DNA of 64,000 bases, taken from assembly GCA_016717115.1 (NCBI GenBank), contig JADKGE010000003.1, positions 306,337 to 370,336 on the forward strand. Reading direction: 5' to 3'. Of this stretch, positions 57,058 to 64,000 are shown one piece after another. Positions within the stretch are counted from its first letter, which is position 1. Each line of letters begins with the position of its first letter. This stretch comes from Actinomycetota bacterium. Lineage in GTDB: Bacteria > Actinomycetota > Actinomycetes > S36-B12. A program made the translations under genes and the position numbers. The notes below the pieces were generated by a model. That model worked only from the letters and a program-made list of their open reading frames with translations, was not told where the DNA came from and did not search any database.

Positions 57058-57923
57058 TCCGGCGGCCCGAGGGGCTGCCCGCCCGCCTCGCCGCACTCCG
57101 ACGGACGATGGTCGTCGGCGTCCTCAACGTGACGCCGGACTCGTTCTCCGACGGTGGACACTTCCTCGATCCGGCCGCGGCGGTCGCTCACGGCACCGCG
57201 CTGTGGGAGCAGGGAGCCGACCTCATCGACGTGGGTGGCGAGTCGACGCGACCAGGGGCCCTTCGGGTGCCTCCGCAGGATGAGGCAGCGCGCGTCCTGC
57301 CCGTGGTCGCCGGGCTCGTGGCGGCGGGAGTGCCGGTCAGCATCGACACGATGCGGGCGTCCACAGCCGAGGCGGCGGTGTCAGCCGGCGCCTGCGTCGT
57401 CAACGACGTGAGCGGCGGGCTGGCCGATCCGTCCATGTACTCGGCCGTCGCCGGTCTCGGCGTCCCCTACGTCGTCATGCACTGGCGGGGCCACAGCGAC
57501 CGCATGGAGTCGCTCGTCCGATACGACGACGTCGTGGTCGACGTCTGCAGGGAGCTCGCGCAGCGGGTCGAGGAGGCGGTGGCGGCCGGCATCTCGGCGG
57601 ATCGCCTCGTGCTCGACCCCGGGCTCGGCTTCGCGAAGGAGGCGGTTCACAACTGGCTCCTGCTGCGGCACCTCGACGCCCTGGCCGGTCTGGGCTTCCC
57701 CCTGCTCATCGGCGCCTCCCGGAAGCGATTCCTGGGCTCGCTGCTCAGCGATGTCGATGGCACCGCGCGGCCCGTCGACGAACGGGATGCGGCAACCGAT
57801 GCGGTGACGGCCCTGGCCGCCGTGCAAGGGGTCTGGGCGGTACGCGTTCATGACGTGCGCGGCAGCAAGGATGCCGTTCGGGTGGCCGCGGCCTGGCACT
57901 CCGGGGGTGCCGTCGATGGCTGA
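57054..57923 (+). CDS. folP: Dihydropteroate synthase (canonical)
   Basis: ATGA overlap with fol[55 protein letters not shown]. Confidence 0.95.
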   Translation: MIRRPEGLPARLAALRRTMVVGVLNVTPDSFSDGGHFLDPAAAVAHGTALWEQGADLIDVGGESTRPGALRVPPQDEAARVLPVVAGLVAAGVPVSIDTMRASTAEAAVSAGACVVNDVSGGLADPSMYSAVAGLGVPYVVMHWRGHSDRMESLVRYDDVVVDVCRELAQRVEEAVAAGISADRLVLDPGLGFAKEAVHNWLLLRHLDALAGLGFPLLIGASRKRFLGSLLSDVDGTARPVDERDAATDAVTALAAVQGVWAVRVHDVRGSKDAVRVAAAWHSGGAVDG

Positions 57924-58281
57924 CCAGATCGTGATCCGGGGGATCCGCGGCATCGGCCACCATGGCGTGCTCGACCACGAGCGTGTCGATGGGCAGCCGT
58001 TCTCCGTCGACGTGCGCCTAGACCTCGATACGGCCGTCGCCGCGGGATCGGACTCGCTCGACGACACGGTCGACTACGGGCGCGTGGCGAAGGCCGTGCA
58101 CGAGCTGATCGTCGGGGAACCGGTCGACCTCATCGAGACGCTCGCCGAGCGCATCGCCACCGCCTGCCTCGACTGGCCGGCAGTGCATCGCGTACGCGTC
58201 ACGGTGCACAAGCCCCAGGCGCCGATCGAGGTGCCGTTCGACGACGTCGAGGTGCGCATCACCCGACGGCGCGGTGAGTGA
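57916..58281 (+). CDS. folB: Dihydroneopterin aldolase
   Basis: [35 protein letters not shown]...TVDYG...LIETLAE. Overlaps the folP 3' end by 8 nt. Confidence 0.93.
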   Translation: MADQIVIRGIRGIGHHGVLDHERVDGQPFSVDVRLDLDTAVAAGSDSLDDTVDYGRVAKAVHELIVGEPVDLIETLAERIATACLDWPAVHRVRVTVHKPQAPIEVPFDDVEVRITRRRGE

Positions 58282-58828
58282 CGTGGACACCGTCGCGGCC
58301 GACGCATCGGCGGCACGGCGACCCGTCGTCCTCGCCCTGGGCTCCAATCTCGGCGACTCGCTGACGATCCTGCAGGGCGCGATCGATGACCTGTCTGGCG
58401 TCGAGGGGCTCGACGTCACTGCCGCCTCCGGCGTGTACGAGACCGACCCGGTCGGCGGCCCCGAGCAGCGGCCTTATCTGAACGCGGTCGTCCTCGGCTC
58501 GACGTCGTTGAGCGGCCTCGAGCTGCTCGCCGTGACGCAGGGGGTGGAGCAGGCGTGGCACCGCACGCGAGAGGTGCGGTGGGGACCACGCACCCTCGAC
58601 ATCGACGTCATCTCTGTGGGCGAGGAGACGTCGGCAAACGCCGACCTGACGCTCCCGCATCCCCGCGCTCACGAGCGGGGCTTCGTCCTCGTGCCGTGGT
58701 TCGCGGTGGATCCCGAGGCCACCCTCGTCGGCCAGGGCACGGTCCGCGACCTGATCGCGGGCATCGACGTCGCGGGCGTGAGGGAGACGACGCACCGACT
58801 CCTGGTGCCGGCTGTGGCGGGGGACTGA
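58274..58828 (+). CDS. folK: 2-amino-4-hydroxy-6-hydroxymethyldihydropteridine pyrophosphokinase
   Basis: VVLALGSNLGD...YETDPVGGP.QRPYLNAVV...RWGPRTLDIDVI...LTLPHPRAHERGFVLVPW. Confidence 0.95.
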   Translation: MSDVDTVAADASAARRPVVLALGSNLGDSLTILQGAIDDLSGVEGLDVTAASGVYETDPVGGPEQRPYLNAVVLGSTSLSGLELLAVTQGVEQAWHRTREVRWGPRTLDIDVISVGEETSANADLTLPHPRAHERGFVLVPWFAVDPEATLVGQGTVRDLIAGIDVAGVRETTHRLLVPAVAGD

Positions 58829-58830
58829 TC

Positions 58831-59310
58831 ATGGACCCGATGAGGCCGACCCGGGTGTGGTCGCTGGTCGCCATCGCGGCCATCGCCGCCGCGCTCGGCT
58901 GGGGACTTGTCCAGATCATCGACGCCTGGCTCGGTCGGCTCCTGCCCGTGCCCTGGCTGGCGGCAGCGGCGCTATGGCTGGTCGCGGGCGCCGTCCTGTA
59001 CTGGGCCGTCACCACTCGCCCGCGGCTCCAGGGGCGGCCGGGCGCGAAGCCGATGCCGCCGCTGGTGGCGGCCCGCACCGCGGCCCTGGCCATGGCGGCC
59101 TCACGCATCGGTGCCCTCGTCGCCGGCTTCTACGCCGGTGTCGCCGGTGGGATCTCGTCGTCGATCGGCACGCCCACCGGGGCGAGCACCTTCTGGAGCG
59201 CGTCGATGGCCAGTCTGGGTGCCGTGGTGCTCGTGATCGCGGCGCTGTGGCTCGAGCACATCTGCCGTTTGCCGGTCGGACCACCCGATGACTTCACAGA
59301 TAGGGTCTAG
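58831..59310 (+). CDS. DUF3180-like membrane protein (Rv3605c position)
   Basis: ATG lies 2 nt after the folK stop. 159 aa, 4 TM helices. This is the conserved slot after folK in actinobacteria. Confidence 0.7.
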   Translation: MDPMRPTRVWSLVAIAAIAAALGWGLVQIIDAWLGRLLPVPWLAAAALWLVAGAVLYWAVTTRPRLQGRPGAKPMPPLVAARTAALAMAASRIGALVAGFYAGVAGGISSSIGTPTGASTFWSASMASLGAVVLVIAALWLEHICRLPVGPPDDFTDRV

Positions 59311-59313
59311 AAC

Positions 59314-59601
59314 ATGAGTGAGACCGCCCTCGAGGACCTGCCGTTCGACGAGCTGCGCCAGAAGGCGTTCCACCGAGCCGAGAAGCACATGGACGTGGGC
59401 TTCTTCACCGACCTGTTCGGACACATGCCCGGGATGGCCGCCATCGAGGGCGAGGGCGGCGACCTGGGCGCCGTCGGCGGCACCGTCTGGGAGTCGATCC
59501 GAGCGTGGCGCGAGATGTTCGGGGACACCCCCCTCGACGAGACGACACAGACGCTGCTGCGCGCTCGTTTCGTCACCTACCTGCGCGAGCACGGCGAGTA
59601 G
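59314..59601 (+). CDS. Hypothetical small acidic protein
   Basis: 95 aa: MSETALEDLPFDELRQKAFHRAEKHMDVGFF.... Composition looks coding, and the ATG lies 3 nt after the upstream stop. No family recognised. Confidence 0.5.
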   Translation: MSETALEDLPFDELRQKAFHRAEKHMDVGFFTDLFGHMPGMAAIEGEGGDLGAVGGTVWESIRAWREMFGDTPLDETTQTLLRARFVTYLREHGE

Positions 59602-59634
59602 CCGCTTCCCGCTTGCCGATGGTCGCACCGGCTC

Positions 59635-60775
59635 CTACCGGTCGACGTCGCCCACCACGAAGAAGAACGACATCACCGCGTCGGCGAGGTCATCGACGCG
59701 CGTGCCGACCAGGGCGGTGGTGAGAGCCTGGGCGTTCGCGAACGACGCGGATCGGATCTTCAGGCGCCATGGGGTCTTCTCGCCCACGCTCGCGAGCAAG
59801 CAGCCGGTGACGCCCAGGGGCCCCTCGATCCAGCCATGGGTGACACCCTCCGGCACTCGAACGGTCTTGGGGAGCAGCACGTTGACCGGCCCGTCGCCCA
59901 GAGACCGCAGCCGATCGATGCAGGCGGACATGAGGCGCAGGCTCGTGGGCACCTGCTCGAGGAGGAGGGCGTAGCGCGCGGTGGCGTCGCCCGTCGTGCG
60001 CAGGGGCACCGACAACTCGTCCGTCAGCTCGCCGTAGGCGAGGTAGGGCGTCGTCGCGCCGCAGGTCGATGTCGAGTCCGCCCGCCCGGGCGACCACTCC
60101 GCTGGTACCGAAGGCGATGGCCGACGGGCGAGACAGGGTCGCGAGCCCGGCGAGGCCGGTGGAGTAGTCGAGAACGGCGTCCTCGATCAGCGCGTGGGCG
60201 GACCCGAGGTCCGCGACGATTGCCGTGTACCTGTCGAGGGACACCGCATCGAGAGGGGTGGCGACCCCACCGATCCTGGCGAACATCGGGTGGACGCGCC
60301 CGCCGGTGACGTATTCCTGGGCGGCGACCAGACGCTCGCGGGCGCCGAGCGCGACGTCGCGGTGCGCCGTGTCTCTGATGACCGATCCGAGGAACGCGAG
60401 ACTGGCCGCGACGCGGTTCGCCTCGGCCAGGAGGGTGCGCGTCCAGGTCGCCCGCTCAGGGGGCGTGATTCCCGTGGCGTCCTCCAGGGTGAGGGCGACG
60501 GCGAGCTCGGACGAGAACGCCGAGAGCCAGTCGTGCCGGTTGGCGAGCATCATGAGCTGGCGGTAGTCACGGGCCTCGAACAGCTTCTCCGCGCCGCGGT
60601 GCATCAGGCCCATCCGCGGGTCGGCACTGACGACGACGCCGTCGTCGACACGCACCTGGAGCTGGAACCCGGCGTGCCCGGTGGGGTGGAAGGGGCGCAG
60701 GGCCAACACGCGATCGCAGTCGAGGTGGGCGGCCACGCCGACGCCGAACAGGAGGTCCGCCGGTGTGTCGGTCAC
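59635..60775 (-). pseudogene. NuoD / complex I 49-kDa subunit paralog, orphan, with an apparent 1-nt frame disruption near 60046-60050
   Basis: From GTG 60775: FHPTGHAGFQLQV, DPRMGLMHRGAEKLFE, NRHDWLS, ...GGLDIDLRRDD. After a frame change the reading continues [26 protein letters not shown]...PEGVTHGWIEGPLGVTGCLLASVGEKTPWRLKIRSASFANAQAL...VVGDVDR. This is collinear with NuoD/NDUFS2. The span of 1141 nt equals 3n+1. Confidence 0.75.
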
Positions 60776-60779
60776 GTGG

Positions 60780-61703
60780 TCATCGTGCCAGTGCCTGGAC
60801 GAGCCACCAATAGTCGTCGCCGTCGCCTGACGGGAACAGCTCCGCGGAGTGAGCGCTGACGGCCGGCGCGCAGGCGTCGAGGGCGACGTGGGCGGTGATG
60901 TTGCAGGAGCCGTCCGGGATGGGGGAGACGAGGTGTCCGGCCCGATAGCCGGTGAGGGTCCCCCCGTCGAACAGGCCGTCGGCGCGCTGCGACGCGACAT
61001 GCGCGTAGTCGACGGCCAGCGCGATGCCATCGGTCACGAGGCCGGCGATGGCCGACCACGCCTCGTCGCGCGCGACGCCGACCTCCACCCGGGCGGCCGG
61101 CTCCCGACGGGGCCACCACTGCTCGCACCATGCGTCGAGACGGGCGCCGTCGACGTGCCGGGACCCACAGGCCCGCTGATCGTCTAGGGTCGGGCCGAGC
61201 TCCTGGGCGCCGGTGATCGGATCGACGAGGACGAGTCGGCGGGCTCCGCGATCGTCGATCTCGACGATGTCGCAGGGGATGTCGTCGAGCAGCTCGTGGG
61301 CGACGACGAGCCCGGGTCCCGGAGCGATCCTGGGACTGATGAGCCGCACGTCTCCCTGATGCCACTCGACGCTGGTCGCGACACGGTCCGGCCGAGGACG
61401 CACGTCGACCGCCCGCCAGGTCAGGCGCTGCGCCGTCTCCCTCGGGAGCAGCGTCCTGAGCTGGGCGAGGAGCGTGCCGTCGCCGCCCCCCACGTCGGTG
61501 ACGGTGACGGTCCGGTGCCGCTCGAGTAGCGCCGTGAGTGGGCCGACGGTCAGGGCGGCTATGCGGCGGGCGACGAGGTCCCCGTCGGTGACGTGCGTGG
61601 CGAAGGTGCTCTCGGCGTTCCCGGCCGTCGTCCGGTAGAAGCCGCGTGACCCCACGGCGGCGCGCTCCCAGGCGACCGACCAGGCCTCCGTGTCATCCGC
61701 CAC
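60780..61703 (-). CDS. MidA / NDUFAF7-family (COG1565, former DUF185) SAM-dependent methyltransferase
   Basis: VTVTDVGGGDGTLLAQL (SAM motif), VVAHELLDDIPCDIVE, and AVDYAH...GGTLTGYRAGH...DGSCNITAHVAL, which matches the family pattern DYG...GTL.xY.xH...DITAHVDF. The stop lies 4 nt before the NuoD-like GTG. Confidence 0.8.
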   Translation of the reverse strand: MADDTEAWSVAWERAAVGSRGFYRTTAGNAESTFATHVTDGDLVARRIAALTVGPLTALLERHRTVTVTDVGGGDGTLLAQLRTLLPRETAQRLTWRAVDVRPRPDRVATSVEWHQGDVRLISPRIAPGPGLVVAHELLDDIPCDIVEIDDRGARRLVLVDPITGAQELGPTLDDQRACGSRHVDGARLDAWCEQWWPRREPAARVEVGVARDEAWSAIAGLVTDGIALAVDYAHVASQRADGLFDGGTLTGYRAGHLVSPIPDGSCNITAHVALDACAPAVSAHSAELFPSGDGDDYWWLVQALAR

Positions 61704-61738
61704 AGGCAGTCACGGTAGTGCGGTCTACGCTCCGTCAG

Positions 61739-62638
61739 GTGAGCACATCGGGGCCGCCACGTCTCCGGGTCGGCGTGATCGGGGCCGGTCGCGTAGGAGC
61801 GGTGCTCGGCGCCGCCCTCCGCCGGGCCGGTCATGACGTCGTGGCCGTCGCGGCCGTCTCCGATCTGTCCCGGTTGCGGGCCGAGGCCCTGCTGCCGGGA
61901 GTGCCGATCCTGCCCGCGCCCGACGTGGCCGCACACGCCGATCTCGTCCTGCTCGCGGTGCCCGACGACGTCCTGGCCGGGCTGGTGACCGGGCTCGTCG
62001 AGGCGGGCGCGATCCATGCCGGTCAGTTCGTGGCCCACCCCTCCGGTCGGTACGGCATCGACATCCTCGATGCCGCCCGCAGGGTCGGCGCACTGACCCT
62101 CGCGGTGCACCCGGTCATGACCTTCACCGGCACCAGTGTCGACCTCGCCCGACTCGAGGACTGCCCGTTCGGCGTGACCTCGACCGACGCCGTCCGGCCG
62201 GTGGCCGAGGCGCTCGTGGTCGAGATGGGCGGCGACCCCGTGTGGGTGCCGGAGGAGGCGCGCGTGCTGTATCACGCGGGTATCGCCTTCGGCGCGAACT
62301 TCCTCATGACCGTTGTCCTCCAGTCGCTCGACCTGCTGCGCGAGGCCGGCATGGCCGAGCCGCAGCGGCTCATGGCGCCGCTGCTGAGCGCCTCGCTCGA
62401 CAACGCCCTGCGGCATGGTGACGCGGCGCTCACCGGTCCCGTCGCGCGCGGAGATGACCGGACGGTGGCTGATCACCTCGCCCGCATCGAGGACGTGTCC
62501 CCGGCCGCTGCGGCCGGCTACCGGGCCCTCGCGAGACTCACGGCCGATCGGGCGTTGGCGGCCGGTCTGATCGACATGACGTCCGCGGCTCGCCTGCTCG
62601 AGGTCTTGGCGTCATCGCCCGACGGCGGTCGCGCATGA
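61739..62638 (+). CDS. Rossmann-fold plus DUF2520 protein (ketopantoate-reductase-like, conserved upstream of panC)
   Basis: GTG 61739. RVGVIGAGRVGAVLGAAL (NAD(P) motif) and TGPVARGD in the C-terminal domain. ATGA overlap with panC. Only 35 nt separate it from the divergent midA-like start. Confidence 0.7.
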   Translation: MSTSGPPRLRVGVIGAGRVGAVLGAALRRAGHDVVAVAAVSDLSRLRAEALLPGVPILPAPDVAAHADLVLLAVPDDVLAGLVTGLVEAGAIHAGQFVAHPSGRYGIDILDAARRVGALTLAVHPVMTFTGTSVDLARLEDCPFGVTSTDAVRPVAEALVVEMGGDPVWVPEEARVLYHAGIAFGANFLMTVVLQSLDLLREAGMAEPQRLMAPLLSASLDNALRHGDAALTGPVARGDDRTVADHLARIEDVSPAAAAGYRALARLTADRALAAGLIDMTSAARLLEVLASSPDGGRA

Positions 62639-63489
62639 TGCCGCATCTGGTGACGACGTCGACGGAGGTGCGGGCGCTGCCTGCCGCGGTAGGCCCCCGC
62701 CTCGTCGTGATGACCATGGGCGCCCTGCACGAGGGTCACGCCGAACTCATCAGGGAGGCCCGCCGCCGAGCCGGAGCCGAGGGAACGGTGCTCGTCACGA
62801 TCTTCGTCAACCCGACGCAGTTCGGTGCCGGCGAGGACTTCGGTCGTTACCCCAGGACGCTCGACGACGATCTCACCCTGTGCGCTGAGGCCGGCGCCGA
62901 CGTGGTCTGGACCCCGGACGTGCAGCAGGTGTACGGCAACCCGGATGGCTTCCGCGACGACAGCGTCACCATCGATCCGGGTCCGCTCGGCCGGATCCTG
63001 GAAGGTGCGTCTCGCCCGGATCACTTCCGCGGCATGCTGACCGTCGTGGCCAAGCTCCTCGCCGTGACCGCGCCGGACGAGGCGCTGTACGGAGAGAAGG
63101 ACTACCAGCAGCTCGTCCTCATCCAACGTATGGCTCGTGACCTGAGCATGTCCGTGGCGATCAGCGGGGTTCCCACCGTGCGCGAGCCGGATGGTCTCGC
63201 CCGGAGCAGCCGCAATCGCTACCTCAGCGGCCCGGAGAGGGAGGTGGCCTCGGTGGTGCCGAAGGCGCTGCATGCGGCCGTCGCGGCCGCCCGTGACGGT
63301 GCGCAGGCGGCGCTCGAGGCTGGACGCGCCGTCGTTGCCGACGTCCGCGGCATCACCTTGGACTACCTCGTGGTGACCGATCCCGAGCTCGCGGCAGCGC
63401 CGACCGTGGGTGAGGGTCGCGTGCTCATCGCGGCCCGGGTGGGGTCGACCCGCCTCATCGACAACATGGCGTGCAGGCTGGGCGCGTGA
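62635..63489 (+). CDS. panC: Pantoate--beta-alanine ligase
   Basis: VVMTMGALHEGHAELI (HxGH), FVNPTQFG, GEKDYQQL, RNRYLS. Confidence 0.95.
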   Translation: MMPHLVTTSTEVRALPAAVGPRLVVMTMGALHEGHAELIREARRRAGAEGTVLVTIFVNPTQFGAGEDFGRYPRTLDDDLTLCAEAGADVVWTPDVQQVYGNPDGFRDDSVTIDPGPLGRILEGASRPDHFRGMLTVVAKLLAVTAPDEALYGEKDYQQLVLIQRMARDLSMSVAISGVPTVREPDGLARSSRNRYLSGPEREVASVVPKALHAAVAAARDGAQAALEAGRAVVADVRGITLDYLVVTDPELAAAPTVGEGRVLIAARVGSTRLIDNMACRLGA

Positions 63490-64000
63490 TGTCGATCCAG
63501 ATCGCCCGCCGACTTCGTGCCGCCGCTCCGGGCTGGACCGCCCGCGCTGACGTGATCGTCGTGGGATCAGGGGTGGCCGGTCTCACGGCCGCGCTGCGCG
63601 CTCGCGCCCTCGGCCGGACCGTCCTGGTCGTGACGAAGGCCCAGGTCGACGAGGGCTCCACCAAGTGGGCGCAGGGGGGGATCGCTGCCGCCCTCTCCGA
63701 CGACGACTCCCCGGAGGAGCACCTCCACGACACCCTCGTCGCGGGAGTGGGGCTGTGCGACGACGTGGCCGTCCGCATCCTGGTGACCGAGGGCCCGGCC
63801 GCCGTGCGCGAGCTCATCGAGCTCGGGGCCAGGTTCGACCGCGACGCGTCCGGGCGGATCGCCCTCACCCGGGAGGGTGGCCACCTGCGCGATCGCATCG
63901 CGCATGCCGGTGGAGACGCCACCGGAGCGGAGATCTCGCGCGCCCTCGTCGCCGCCGTGCGCGAGGATCCGGGGATCGACGTCGTCGAGAACGCCCTCGC
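63489..64000 (+). CDS. nadB: L-aspartate oxidase, N-terminal part (runs off the right edge)
   Basis: The ATG at 63489 shares its A with the panC TGA. DVIVVGSGVAGLTAAL, STKWAQGGIAAAL, TLVAGVGLCD, REGGHLRDRIAHAGGDATG. Absent from the ORF track because it is open-ended. Confidence 0.85.
   Translation, partial: MSIQIARRLRAAAPGWTARADVIVVGSGVAGLTAALRARALGRTVLVVTKAQVDEGSTKWAQGGIAAALSDDDSPEEHLHDTLVAGVGLCDDVAVRILVTEGPAAVRELIELGARFDRDASGRIALTREGGHLRDRIAHAGGDATGAEISRALVAAVREDPGIDVVENAL

Noticed and set aside
59690-61030. 446-aa ORF as a single gene
   Set aside because: Its first 85 codons overlap the MidA-like gene and are Arg/Ser/Pro-rich. Its last roughly 120 codons are out-of-frame nonsense past the frameshift. 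Only the middle matches NuoD, so it is reported as a disrupted gene at 59635..60775.

Overview
High-GC (about 70% by eye) actinobacterial chromosomal segment. It is densely coded, with roughly 70 supportable CDS. I found no rRNA or tRNA genes, no transposase or integrase, and no CRISPR array. Many long ORFs in the track are GC-driven antisense or N-terminally over-extended artefacts, so several genes were trimmed to internal starts that have RBS or overlap support.

Left to right: a PspC membrane protein, PspC-type histidine kinase and LuxR regulator module; a quinone oxidoreductase; an XRE regulator followed by a low-GC island and cspA; LtrA, DUF2804 and META genes; a GNAT, RibD_C reductase and DHPS-paralog operon; a Cys-type sulfatase coupled to a GNAT; a LuxI/FeeM-like acyltransferase tail-to-tail with a membrane GGDEF-EAL protein; kynA; a split spermidine-synthase-like membrane protein; two secreted proteins, one carrying a 39-bp tandem repeat; thiBPQ behind a clear TPP riboswitch; an Lrp regulator and a PH-domain pair; an uncharacterised 701-aa protein, SDR and threonine aldolase operon; a DEAD-box helicase; moeA; arsR, cadI/arsI and ACR3; a Pho cluster (pit, pstCAB, pstS and a degenerate pstS paralog) with three sets of 11-nt-phased GTTCACC PHO boxes; sqr, tusE-like and dsrE-like genes.

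The right end is the conserved actinobacterial block ppa, dacB, a Zn-protease, tilS, hpt, ftsH, folE, folP, folB, folK, DUF3180 ... DUF2520, panC and nadB.

The most interesting item is inside that block: a MidA/NDUFAF7-family methyltransferase gene sits 4 nt upstream of an orphan NuoD (complex I 49-kDa) paralog. The paralog keeps the Arg that NDUFAF7 methylates in mitochondria, but its gene carries an apparent 1-nt frame disruption. A second apparent frame break in the spermidine-synthase-like gene means sequence-quality problems must be excluded first.
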